In this document: positions 30,912-40,373 of the stretch, in pieces
Numbering within the stretch: position 1 is the stretch's first letter
Layout: every line of letters starts with the position of its first letter
Origin: an uncultured Candidatus Saccharibacteria bacterium
GTDB taxonomy: Bacteria; Patescibacteriota; Dojkabacteria; B142; JAFGMG01
Reading direction: 5' to 3'
Length of the DNA: 64,000 bases
NCBI GenBank assembly: GCA_964444125.1
Contig: CAYUFB010000002.1
Coordinates: forward strand, 9,075 to 73,074
The notes under the pieces: model-generated
Database searches by the model: none
What the model saw: the letters and a program-made list of their open reading frames with translations, nothing else
What the model was told of the DNA's origin: nothing
Made by a program: the position numbers and the translations under genes

Positions 30912-30958
30912 AAAATAAAATTTAAGTGTCAATTTTCAATCCTATCAAAGGAGTTTGT

Positions 30959-31618
30959 TTACCTCACTTCCACTAAATCCCACCAAAGAATTAGGCGTTC
31001 TTTGAGGCCATTATTACATGTCTGCATAGTAAGTGTTGGGGTATCAGATTGGCTTGTATAAACACTTGTTTCGCTTGGTTCAACAATTTTTGAAGTTCTA
31101 AACGAATATGTGTAAGTTATTCCGTTGTAATAAATATAGGCAATATCCCCTGGTTTGATCTTATCAAGATTTGCAAAGAAGCCGTTTTGTTTGCCATCAT
31201 AGTTTGACCTGTGTGCAAACAAATACACATTACCGTCTTTTGTTGCCTCATCAGGAAGAAGTGTGAACTTACCATGTGCAATATATTGATCTAGGACAGG
31301 TATATATTCTTCTTTGTATCTTGGGTCCGTATTTGCCCAGATATCGTGTTTGAGATTAATTGAGGGGATTTCTAGAGCGAAATTCGCATAAGTTTCTTCA
31401 GTCAGATTAGTTTCATTATTGGCAGTCGTTTCTGCAAGAACAGGCACTGAAAGGCTATCATTAAGTAAAAAACTATTATTTGCTGTTTTAGATTCTTCAG
31501 TGTGTTCTTCATCAACAGTACTTTCTACTTGTTGATTAATACCAGTAACTAAATTTAGCAAAATATTGCCAAATAATACTATTAGTATTAAATTTGAAAG
31601 AATAATTAATTTTCGCAT
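30959..31618 (-). CDS. Sortase family protein
   Basis: N-terminal TM, LEIPSINL, GNVYLFAHR, FANLDKIKPGD, LTMQTC, conserved R. Confidence 0.9.
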   Translation of the reverse strand: MRKLIILSNLILIVLFGNILLNLVTGINQQVESTVDEEHTEESKTANNSFLLNDSLSVPVLAETTANNETNLTEETYANFALEIPSINLKHDIWANTDPRYKEEYIPVLDQYIAHGKFTLLPDEATKDGNVYLFAHRSNYDGKQNGFFANLDKIKPGDIAYIYYNGITYTYSFRTSKIVEPSETSVYTSQSDTPTLTMQTCNNGLKERLILWWDLVEVR

Positions 31619-31753
31619 ATCACTATTATATATCTACCTCAATTATATCATTATTAAGTCATTTTCTTGAAATTTAAACAGTACTTCTGTTATCATTAAG
31701 CATTGCCCCAGATGTTATTTGTATGGGGCTTTTTTATTTCATTTTTCTTTCTC

Positions 31754-32509
31754 ATGGAAAATTCACAGCAAAATGGTTCAGAAAAGAAGGTTTTAGTTGT
31801 TGCAAACCCAGAGCTCAAATCTCAAGATATACTTGCTTTAGGTGCATTATTGCATATCCTGAAAGAGGGAAAAGAAAAGGTGGAAATACTAACTCTAGGC
31901 AAGGTCAATGAAAAAAAGGCTGAATTGCTTCCTGAAGGTGTCGATGCAGTCAATGAGCTTGCAGGCCAGAAATTTTTGATACAGTTTGTTTCGCAAGAAG
32001 ATTCAGTCGAGAATGTCCAATGGAATCAAGATAACAAAGATCTAAATCTATATATCACAATGAAGCAAGGAGATTTCAAGCCAGAGAAGATGAAATTTGA
32101 AGCCTTAGGTGGAAACTATGAGAAAATTTATGCTCTAGGCATTACGTCAATTGACCAGTTAGCACCTGCAATAAACGATGGTGTTAGATATATTTTCAAA
32201 GATACTGAAATTGTAAGTTTTGGTGCTACATTAAAAGCTGATGGCGCCAAGATCAAGGCACAAGAAAATGAGAAATTTGTCTCGACAGGGGAAGAAGTTT
32301 ATAAATATGCAAAAAATACTGGCAAAAAAATTAGTACTGATGCAGCGAATTACATTTTATCTTCAATCCTATCTTCAACTGACGGATTTAAGTTGTCGAT
32401 TAATGATGCCCAGACATTTATAACTTGTGCCGAACTAACTAAAATTGGTGCAGATATTAAACAAGCAAATTCATTAGTAACGAAATTTAGCGAAAAAACA
32501 ACTAAATGA
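31754..32509 (+). CDS. Degenerate DHH-phosphoesterase-like protein
   Basis: DHH-like architecture (VLVV..P...D..ALGALL, STGEEVY, AANYILSSILSSTDGFK) without the DHH triad; ATG 31754. Confidence 0.65.
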   Translation: MENSQQNGSEKKVLVVANPELKSQDILALGALLHILKEGKEKVEILTLGKVNEKKAELLPEGVDAVNELAGQKFLIQFVSQEDSVENVQWNQDNKDLNLYITMKQGDFKPEKMKFEALGGNYEKIYALGITSIDQLAPAINDGVRYIFKDTEIVSFGATLKADGAKIKAQENEKFVSTGEEVYKYAKNTGKKISTDAANYILSSILSSTDGFKLSINDAQTFITCAELTKIGADIKQANSLVTKFSEKTTK

Positions 32510-33786
32510 TCAAAGAATTTTTAGAAATATCTAAAAAGGTTATTATTGTTACCGATCCAAACGCAGATTTTGATCAATTTGCCGGATTTATAGCACTTGC
32601 CAAATTTCTACGTGACGAGCAAAAGGAAGTGTCTCTTTTGTTCCCCAAAAACACCAAAACGAATTTGTTCCTTAAGTTGTTTCCAACTGAGGATATAAAA
32701 GTGATGGACAAAACAGCTTGTGATAGTTTTATTGTCAGTCTTAGAAAAAATGGTGCAGTTGTTAAAGAAGTTAAGTGGCAGGAAGATCAAGGAAAAATAA
32801 ATATATACGTAACAACACAAAAGGGAGATATCGACTCTGAAAATGTAAATATCAAGCCAAATATGAACGTATTCGACGCAATTATATTATTTGGAATAGA
32901 GGATCTGGAGAAAGCTAAGAATTATTTTGCATTAGAAGATTCGTTTTTTAATAAAGGCAAGACTATTCAAATAGGCAATCTTCACAAGGACCAAGGGGCG
33001 TATAAATTCAACGAGGTAAGTGATATATATTCAGTTTTAGTTTATAAATTGGCGCATGATCTTGGTATAAAAATATCTGGGATGATCCAAACAGACCTAC
33101 TTTCTGGAATCCTTTGGAAGACTAAGGGGTTGTTTAGAGTATCAGATAAATCAGTAGTTGAGGTTATCTGTGAACTATCCAAGTCACAAGCAAATATCAA
33201 AGCAGCCCAAGATAAGGCCTTTAGACAAAATACAATGCAAGATATGCAAATACTTGATTTGGTTATAAAGAATTTGAATATTAATTCAGATAACGTTGCT
33301 TACAGTGTCATTCATAACGCTCAGACAAAAGGCGTCAATCTTGATTTCATTATCTCTTCAAATTGGCACCAGCTAGATAAATTAAAAAATGTAGACTATG
33401 GATTTGTATTATTTGAGTATGCTGATCATGTAAAGGGGCTGGTATTTAGTTCCGGAATAATCGATTTAAATGAAATTCTGACTGAGTTTAAAAGTCATGG
33501 CGATGAGTATGAGAGGTATTTCCAGACAGACAAGAAGATTGAAGAAGTTAAGGAACTATTACTAAAGGCGAAGAAGGACAATAAATCAGCACCTGTAGAA
33601 ATTATTAAAGGTGAAAAAAAGCAAGAGGAGAAGAAAGCTACAAAAGAGGAGGGTGAAACAAAAACAAACTACGATCCATTAGCCCCGGCAAATGTACTGC
33701 CGGACCCACTCGCTTTGGAGAAGCTTGAAGATAATGACCAGAAATCTGGTTATAATCCACCCCCTCCAATTAATCCAGTAAATTAA
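32506..33786 (+). CDS. Degenerate DHH/DHHA1-like protein with low-complexity Pro-rich tail
   Basis: PNADFDQFAG, TDLLSGILWKT, internal FIVSL..VKEVKW..IYVT segment shared with the upstream paralogue; ATGA-type overlap. Confidence 0.65.
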   Translation: MIKEFLEISKKVIIVTDPNADFDQFAGFIALAKFLRDEQKEVSLLFPKNTKTNLFLKLFPTEDIKVMDKTACDSFIVSLRKNGAVVKEVKWQEDQGKINIYVTTQKGDIDSENVNIKPNMNVFDAIILFGIEDLEKAKNYFALEDSFFNKGKTIQIGNLHKDQGAYKFNEVSDIYSVLVYKLAHDLGIKISGMIQTDLLSGILWKTKGLFRVSDKSVVEVICELSKSQANIKAAQDKAFRQNTMQDMQILDLVIKNLNINSDNVAYSVIHNAQTKGVNLDFIISSNWHQLDKLKNVDYGFVLFEYADHVKGLVFSSGIIDLNEILTEFKSHGDEYERYFQTDKKIEEVKELLLKAKKDNKSAPVEIIKGEKKQEEKKATKEEGETKTNYDPLAPANVLPDPLALEKLEDNDQKSGYNPPPPINPVN

Positions 33787-33868
33787 TAATTGTATTAATA
33801 AAAATTTATCAATAATTCATGAATTTAGTTATTATGTATGTTATAAACTTCTAGTTTAATACTAATTT

Positions 33869-34546
33869 ATGAAACCACATATTTGTGTCATAGAAGACGA
33901 CATATCACTTGCAAACTCAATAAAAAAGTTTCTCGAACTGGAAGGATTCAACGTTACCAATTTGCATAATGGCAAAGAAGGTTATTTATACCTTCTGGAT
34001 AATTATAGATTTGTGGATGCTGTTATTCTTGATATCAATTTGCCAGGCATGAATGGACTAGATATATGTCACGACATCAGGCAGAAGGCTATAGATATAC
34101 CTATATTGATGCTAACCAATGAACTTCGTACCGCCACGGTTGTTGACGCTTTTGATATCGGTGCTGATGATTATATAAAAAAGCCATTTGAAATTAAGGA
34201 ACTCAAAGCAAGAATTGATTTACGACTTCGAAAAAATTATCAAAGAGGGGAGAGGATTATCAAACATCGTGATTTGGAGATAAATATCTCTCGAAGAGAG
34301 GCTAAATACAAAGGAAGATTGCTCAATCTTAGACGCAAGGAATTCGATTTGTTGATATTTTTGCTTAGAAACAGGGGGCAGGCAATAGCTAGAGATGAAA
34401 TAATATCGTGTGTATGGAATTTTGATCAGATGCCATACCCAAACACGATTGATGCACATATAAGTGTCATTCGAAAGGAAATTGATGACAAAGATCAAAA
34501 CATCATCAAAACAATACACGGGATTGGATACAAATTCGTTGATTGA
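33869..34546 (+). CDS. OmpR/PhoB-family response regulator
   Basis: IEDD, ILDINLPGMNG, GADDYIKKPF, winged helix KEFDLL..IDAHI..TIHGIGY. Confidence 0.94.
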   Translation: MKPHICVIEDDISLANSIKKFLELEGFNVTNLHNGKEGYLYLLDNYRFVDAVILDINLPGMNGLDICHDIRQKAIDIPILMLTNELRTATVVDAFDIGADDYIKKPFEIKELKARIDLRLRKNYQRGERIIKHRDLEINISRREAKYKGRLLNLRRKEFDLLIFLLRNRGQAIARDEIISCVWNFDQMPYPNTIDAHISVIRKEIDDKDQNIIKTIHGIGYKFVD

Positions 34547-34551
34547 TTGAA

Positions 34552-36714
34552 TTAGTCCTGACCCTGATTGCCTTGCAAGAATGATTCAATATCATTGACC
34601 AATATGTCTCTTGGCTTACTTCCCTTCGCTGGACCCACCACGCCGTACTTTTGCAATTCATCAAGAAGTCTTGCAGCTCTGTTGTACCCGACACTTAGTT
34701 TTCTTTGAATCAAGGAAGAAGATCCTTTGCCAGCAGCGACAACCACTCTTGCAGCATCAGCAAAAAGCTCATCATCAGAGAATTTGGCACTTGCTCTAGC
34801 TCCTGCAGGAAGATTTGGATCAGCCTGTCTTTCTATTATTTCGTCATTGTATTCAACCTCATCAACTTGACCTTTAAGGAATTTGACTACTCTTTGCACC
34901 TCATCTTGGGTGATAAGTACACCTTGAAGTCTATAAGGTTTGTTCTTGTCTGGTTCCTTAAATAACAAATCTCCCATACCAAGAAGGGACTCTGATCCGA
35001 TTTGATCTAAGATAACTCTTGAATCAATCTGTGTAGTAACGCTCATTCCGATTCTACCTGGGATGTTTGCTTTGATCAGACCTGTAATGACATCAACTGA
35101 AGGTCTTTGTGTAGCCAAGATCAAATGAATACCCGTAGCTCTAGCTTTTTGAGCAAGTCTGACGATTGAAGATTCAATTTCTGCTCCTCCGGTCATCATC
35201 ATATCGGCCATCTCGTCAATTACTATTACAATATAAGGCAATGCTGCAAACCCCTTTTTTCCATTATATCCTTCAATATTTCTAACCATCGATTCTCTAA
35301 AGAGTGTATAACGCTGTTCCATTTCTGCTAATGCCCATTTCAATGCGTTATTTACCTTTTCCATTTCAGTGATAACAGGTGTTAATAGGTGAGGAATTCC
35401 GTTATAGTCCGATAATTCCACTTGTTTTGGATCGACCATGATGAATCTAATCTCATCTGGTGATTTGTACATCAAAAGACTCATGATAAAGGAGTTGGTC
35501 AATACTGATTTGCCTGATCCTGTTGCTCCAGCAATAAGTAAGTGGGGCATTTTCTGAATATCAGCGATTATATTGTCTCCTGCGATGTTTTTGCCAACGG
35601 TAACAGGTAATTTCCTCTTTGGATTTTGCATCTCATCATCTGTAGCAAGCTCTTTGAAGAAGACAGCTTCTCTGCTTGTATTTGGGACTTCAATACCTAT
35701 ATAACTAGTGCCTGGAATAGGTGCTTCTATTCTAACGGCATTTGATGCTACTGCTAATGCTAGAGCGATGTCATTTTTTAGATTTGCGATTTTTGATACC
35801 TTTGTCCCAAGTGGTATGTCTATGGCATATTGAGTCACAGTTGGCCCAATAGCGACATTTACTACTTTTGCATTGATCGCAAAGCTTCTAAGGGTTTGCT
35901 CAATGATCTCAGATTTGCCCTTGATATCTTCTCTCGTTTGTTTTTTTGTTGGTGGATTATTAAGCAAATCCATTGGTGGTAATTGCCAGTTCGGGTATTG
36001 CAACTCTTCATTAGCAAGAGTCTCTTGGTCTCTATTTTGTTGATTATTGATAGTTTTAAGTTCTACTGGTTTGTTTTGTTCGGGTAATTTATCTACATTA
36101 GAAAAATTGTCCAGCCTTTTATTGAAATCGCCGAAAGTCTCTGCTGGTTGAGGATTTGTATCTTCCTCTTTGACTTCTTTAGAAGCAATTGCAACGAATA
36201 ATGCTTTGATATTGGTAAATATTTTGCTGAAAAACTCAGTAATTGTCATAACAAATATTAATGGGATCGAGATGATGAATAGAATAATTGCAAAAAGCAT
36301 AGTGAATTGAGCAAATATCTGTCTTTCGAAAAATCTTGAAATATGATATCCAGCAAGTCCTCCAATGCCTCCATCTTGTGCTGTCTCAAATAATAGCTCT
36401 TTGTCCGCAACGAGAGTGAAAATGATTAGCAAAGAAAAAATAAACAGAAACTGTCCGAATAAACTTCGTGCAGAATTGAGAGTATATTTCACATTGAACA
36501 AGCTTAGCGAGGTATTCAAAAAGAAAATCCCTGCTAATATGGTGACATTTCCAAAAATTGATTTAGTGAATTTGAGTACTGCCGATTCTGAATTTATAAG
36601 GGTGATTGTGCAAAGTATAAACAGCACCAAGAAAACTAAACCCAAGAAAGTTTGAGTCTCTTTGCTGTTGTATGTCACAGATGTTCTTTTTTTTGGTCTT
36701 CCTCTTCTTCCCAT
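34552..36714 (-). CDS. ftsK: DNA translocase FtsK/SpoIIIE
   Basis: N-terminal TMs, PHLLIAGATGSGKS, DPKQVEL, IDEMAD, LATQRPS, gamma domain QRKLSVGYNRAARL. Confidence 0.97.
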   Translation of the reverse strand: MGRRGRPKKRTSVTYNSKETQTFLGLVFLVLFILCTITLINSESAVLKFTKSIFGNVTILAGIFFLNTSLSLFNVKYTLNSARSLFGQFLFIFSLLIIFTLVADKELLFETAQDGGIGGLAGYHISRFFERQIFAQFTMLFAIILFIISIPLIFVMTITEFFSKIFTNIKALFVAIASKEVKEEDTNPQPAETFGDFNKRLDNFSNVDKLPEQNKPVELKTINNQQNRDQETLANEELQYPNWQLPPMDLLNNPPTKKQTREDIKGKSEIIEQTLRSFAINAKVVNVAIGPTVTQYAIDIPLGTKVSKIANLKNDIALALAVASNAVRIEAPIPGTSYIGIEVPNTSREAVFFKELATDDEMQNPKRKLPVTVGKNIAGDNIIADIQKMPHLLIAGATGSGKSVLTNSFIMSLLMYKSPDEIRFIMVDPKQVELSDYNGIPHLLTPVITEMEKVNNALKWALAEMEQRYTLFRESMVRNIEGYNGKKGFAALPYIVIVIDEMADMMMTGGAEIESSIVRLAQKARATGIHLILATQRPSVDVITGLIKANIPGRIGMSVTTQIDSRVILDQIGSESLLGMGDLLFKEPDKNKPYRLQGVLITQDEVQRVVKFLKGQVDEVEYNDEIIERQADPNLPAGARASAKFSDDELFADAARVVVAAGKGSSSLIQRKLSVGYNRAARLLDELQKYGVVGPAKGSKPRDILVNDIESFLQGNQGQD

Positions 36715-36721
36715 CGTAAAT

Positions 36722-36751
36722 AGTGTACAGTTTATATATAGAAGGGGTCAA
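36722..36751 (-). promoter_or_regulatory. Putative (near-)leaderless ftsK promoter
   Basis: Minus strand TTGACC-18 nt-TACACT-7 nt-ATG. Confidence 0.55.
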
Positions 36752-36769
36752 GGCGGGTCGGGGCAAAAT

Positions 36770-37906
36770 TTATTTAATTATCGAGTAATCAAATTGCAAA
36801 TCACCACCGAGTCGCCAAAAACTTATCCCAGCGAGATTGCTTTTCTTAGCCTTTTGATAGCGTTTTTGGACATCGCTTTCGTCTATATATACCAAGATTC
36901 TGTCATTTCCATCTCTTTTGTAGGATGCATATCGTTCGCCCCAAAGCGGAATCTCTTCAATTGTTGCATTATATTTTTCGGTTATCTCCTTGATTTGATC
37001 GTAGGTATAAGCGTCAGCTTGCAGTTTCTCTTCGGGAGCTTGAGGCATCAAGTTGGTTACTATGTTGATCTCGCTTGCTGCCCAGTTGTAGCCATAATTA
37101 TGTACCCCAAGGTGAATCTTTTTCTTTGGAATTTTCTTTATTGCCTCGTTGATCACCAGGTCAACCCAAAGAATTGGAGCTATTGGTCCGGGTGTCTTTT
37201 GGGCCTGACTGGAATAATCATAAGCCATAATTCTTATTTCATCTGCATGTTTAGACAGAAATGCCCAATCTTGAACTTGTCTAGTTTCTTTCAGGGTCGG
37301 ATATATTGTATTTTCGCCCCATTTGGCAAGTACTGTAATCGAAAAGGTGAGATTACTACCCTTTTCCTTTTCGATTTCTCTTATTCCTTTGTTAAGTTTG
37401 ATTACAAATTCTTGATATTTTTCTTTATCGCTTAATTTCGTGGATTCATAATCTAGGTCGATACCATCAAAGTTATTCTTATCGATCTCATCAAGTATCT
37501 GTTTTAAATGCCTATCAAAACTTTCTTGATTCTGTAGTACCTTTGTAAAAATCTCATGATCAAACATTGCAATTGATGGTACAAATGCAATTTCATTGTC
37601 CTGGGCGTATTTTTGTAAAGATGTAAATTTTGTATTTTTCTTCAATAAGCTTCCATCTTCGTTTACTTCATATAGAACTGGCATAACTAGATAAAAAGTA
37701 TCTGGGTTTTGCTCGAGAGTCTTAAGGCCTCTTTCTATATCCCAGTAGGGGATCCAAGCGGAGATTTTGGTCTCTTCTGAAGTTGTTTCTGTTTTGTCTT
37801 GTTTTGGTGTTTTGATTATCTCTTGTGTATCGGTTTTATTTAGAAACAAATATACCCCAAGAAATACAAATAGTATGAAAATTATAAAGAGTATTATCCT
37901 TCTCAT
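36770..37906 (-). CDS. Membrane-anchored glycoside hydrolase family 18 protein
   Basis: N-terminal TM; catalytic FDGIDLDYE; IMAYDY, GPIAP, GISFWRLG. Confidence 0.9.
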   Translation of the reverse strand: MRRIILFIIFILFVFLGVYLFLNKTDTQEIIKTPKQDKTETTSEETKISAWIPYWDIERGLKTLEQNPDTFYLVMPVLYEVNEDGSLLKKNTKFTSLQKYAQDNEIAFVPSIAMFDHEIFTKVLQNQESFDRHLKQILDEIDKNNFDGIDLDYESTKLSDKEKYQEFVIKLNKGIREIEKEKGSNLTFSITVLAKWGENTIYPTLKETRQVQDWAFLSKHADEIRIMAYDYSSQAQKTPGPIAPILWVDLVINEAIKKIPKKKIHLGVHNYGYNWAASEINIVTNLMPQAPEEKLQADAYTYDQIKEITEKYNATIEEIPLWGERYASYKRDGNDRILVYIDESDVQKRYQKAKKSNLAGISFWRLGGDLQFDYSIIK

Positions 37907-37912
37907 TATTGT

Positions 37913-38755
37913 TTATGTAATTTGTACTAAAATTGCACCAATTATTGCGAGTATCACGGCTATAATCTTTTTAAGAGCCAGGTCTTTTTCTTTCAGATAT
38001 AGGTATTCTGCAAAAAATGTAATAACTAAAAATGATTCCGTGGTCACAATTATTGTGCTTTGTTCACCAGTATTTAGTGCATTATTTAGAAATAGATAGC
38101 CAAATGCAGCAAATACTGAGGAAGAAATAATTAGTTTGTAATCTTTTGTAAATATTTTTTTCGATCTATTCTTCCAGTCTGGCATCATAATTACATTGAT
38201 TATTGCCCCAAAAGCTAATACTAAAAAGGTAAGTTGCATGACGCTAAAATGTTTAAAAAAGTAACTGTAGGAGGTAATTATGAAAGCATAAATAATTGTT
38301 GCAGCAAGTTCTAGATATATTCCTCTTGCGGATTTTGTGTTCTTTAGGTTCTGGTATAAAAGTAAGCCTGCAGATACTGCAAAAAACAGACCAATTAATT
38401 TGATCGCACTAAATGATTCTCCTAGCACCAATACGTCTAGAAAAAATATCCAGACCATGCGTAATCTACCGACTGCACCTTGGATAGAGGGGGATATGAA
38501 ATTAACTGCCTTGTTTTTTAGATAATTATGAAGTACGACAAACGAAATCATTAGGATTATCATTGTCCATGCAGTAGGGTTGTTTGTGAAATTCTTTTCA
38601 GATAATAGAAAAGGAGATACTATAATCGCTCCAATAAAGCTGAACCAAAATGAATAGGCCCATGCGTCTTTGTTACCCTTAAGTAGCTTTCTAGTTAGAA
38701 TGCCCGCTATTGTATAAAACAGCGCTGAAAGTAAGGCATATATAAACCAGTTCAT
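37913..38755 (-). CDS. EamA/DMT-family transporter
   Basis: About 10 TM helices in two repeats, VLGE and YLKEK motifs. Confidence 0.85.
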   Translation of the reverse strand: MNWFIYALLSALFYTIAGILTRKLLKGNKDAWAYSFWFSFIGAIIVSPFLLSEKNFTNNPTAWTMIILMISFVVLHNYLKNKAVNFISPSIQGAVGRLRMVWIFFLDVLVLGESFSAIKLIGLFFAVSAGLLLYQNLKNTKSARGIYLELAATIIYAFIITSYSYFFKHFSVMQLTFLVLAFGAIINVIMMPDWKNRSKKIFTKDYKLIISSSVFAAFGYLFLNNALNTGEQSTIIVTTESFLVITFFAEYLYLKEKDLALKKIIAVILAIIGAILVQIT

Positions 38756-38761
38756 TTATTA

Positions 38762-39424
38762 TTATCTAATAAGTTTTTTCATTTTTTCCTTCCAAAGAGT
38801 GATTTTCTCATGATTGCCTGATAGAAGTACCTCAGGAACTTTCAATTCTTTTCCGTTCAAGTTGTATACGGCTGGTTTGGTATATATAGGATATTGGATG
38901 GTGGAGTCATCATCATAAAACGAATCGGTCTTGGGGGTTGATTCATTGCCTACAACATTGGGGATCAGCCTCGAGACACTGTCTACAACAACCATTGCTG
39001 GTATTTCGCCTCCAGTTAGGACATAATTTCCTATTGATATTTGCATATCGCAAACTTCGTCTAATATCCTTTGATCGAAGCCTTCGTAGTGTCCTGCAAG
39101 TATGATGACGTGATCAAAGTCTTTTGCAATTCTTTTGGCTGTTGATTGCTTGTAGGTTTCACCTTTGGCAGTCATCGCTATTACTAATGAGTTTTCTTTT
39201 TTCAGTTCATCAACTGCTTTGGCCACAGGTTCAATCATAATAATCATTCCTCCTCCGCCACCATATGGAGTATCGTCAACTTGTTTATATCTGCTTTTTG
39301 ACCAGTTTCGTAAGTCGTGAATGTTGATTTTTATTATTCCTTTCTCTTGTGCTCTTTTAAGAATGCTTTCTGAAAATGGTCCTTCAAACATTTTTGGAAA
39401 AAGCGTGAGTATATCTATTTGCAT
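38762..39424 (-). CDS. trmD: tRNA (guanine37-N1)-methyltransferase
   Basis: LTLFP, VDDTPYGGGGGM, GHYEGFDQR, SIGNYVLTGGE, VPEVLLSGNH. Confidence 0.97.
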   Translation of the reverse strand: MQIDILTLFPKMFEGPFSESILKRAQEKGIIKINIHDLRNWSKSRYKQVDDTPYGGGGGMIIMIEPVAKAVDELKKENSLVIAMTAKGETYKQSTAKRIAKDFDHVIILAGHYEGFDQRILDEVCDMQISIGNYVLTGGEIPAMVVVDSVSRLIPNVVGNESTPKTDSFYDDDSTIQYPIYTKPAVYNLNGKELKVPEVLLSGNHEKITLWKEKMKKLIR

Positions 39425-39509
39425 TGTTGATTATTAATTTAATTGATTATACAGTATTTAAATACTATTGGTTTGGTTATTTCTATTATGAAAATGATAT
39501 AATATTTTT

Positions 39510-39773
39510 ATGGAAAAAGAACTAAAAAAATTAATGAAAGCAAATAAAACATTGTTTTGGGATATATCAGAAGAGGCTCTAAATGGGCTTTCTCAAAATG
39601 CTGTGGTAACAAGGATTGTTGAATATGGAGATATGGGCTCTTTCAAGAAATTAGTTGACCTAAATGCAGATTTATTGAAGGATCTTGCAAATTCCCAAAT
39701 GCATAAAGGTAGAGTGAACTTGTCCAAAAGAATCATAAATTTTATAAACACATATTTTGAGTACAATTCATAA
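39510..39773 (+). CDS. Putative antitoxin partner (LFWD-type small protein) of AbiEii-like nucleotidyltransferase
   Basis: LFWD..., VVTRIVEYGD motif; overlaps the downstream gene. Confidence 0.65.
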   Translation: MEKELKKLMKANKTLFWDISEEALNGLSQNAVVTRIVEYGDMGSFKKLVDLNADLLKDLANSQMHKGRVNLSKRIINFINTYFEYNS

Positions 39774-40368
39774 GCAAGTTTTAAATGATAAACAACTTGA
39801 GCTACTTCCTCTACTACATAAGTTTTATAAATTTTATTTAGCAGGAGGTACTGCTTTGGCTCTCCAAATTGGGCATAGGAAATCTATTGATTTTGATTTG
39901 TTTTCAAAAGAAGAAATAGACAAAAATGCAATATTAAAAGTACTTGACCAACGAAAGGTTAATCAGATTATTGTTGATAGTATTGACGAATTCACGTTTG
40001 TTTACGATGGGGTAAAATTGACATTTTTAAATTTTCCGTTCCGGATAGAGGAGTTTGTTGATTTAGAATTTGTAAAAGCTGTTGATTTTCTTACGATTGC
40101 TGCTATGAAAGCATATGCCCTGGGTAGACGTGCTAAGTGGAAAGATTATGTTGATATTTATTTTATTATTCAAAAGGAATCCATTAATTCTATTATTCAC
40201 AAAGCAGAGGAACTTTTTGGAAATTTATTCTCAGAGAAGCTTTTTCGTTCTCAGCTTTGTTATTTTGAGGACATTGATTATTCAGAGAAGGTTGACTTCG
40301 TAGCAGATCACGAAGTTAACGATGAACAGGTCAAGGAAACATTGAAGCGGATTGCTGTGACTTTCTAA
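39757..40368 (+). CDS. AbiEii/AbiGii-family nucleotidyltransferase (type IV TA toxin-like)
   Basis: FYLAGGTALALQIGHRKSIDFDLF, IAAMKAYAL..R...KDYVDIY. Confidence 0.9.
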   Translation: MSTIHKQVLNDKQLELLPLLHKFYKFYLAGGTALALQIGHRKSIDFDLFSKEEIDKNAILKVLDQRKVNQIIVDSIDEFTFVYDGVKLTFLNFPFRIEEFVDLEFVKAVDFLTIAAMKAYALGRRAKWKDYVDIYFIIQKESINSIIHKAEELFGNLFSEKLFRSQLCYFEDIDYSEKVDFVADHEVNDEQVKETLKRIAVTF

Positions 40369-40373
40369 ATTTT

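Noticed and set aside
36745-36765. G-rich tract as a G-quadruplex
   Set aside because: G-runs are uneven (one has only two G) and the tract coincides with the ftsK -35 region; no independent support
36662-37435. 257-aa plus-strand ORF
   Set aside because: Antisense shadow of the GH18 gene and ftsK start; no recognisable motifs
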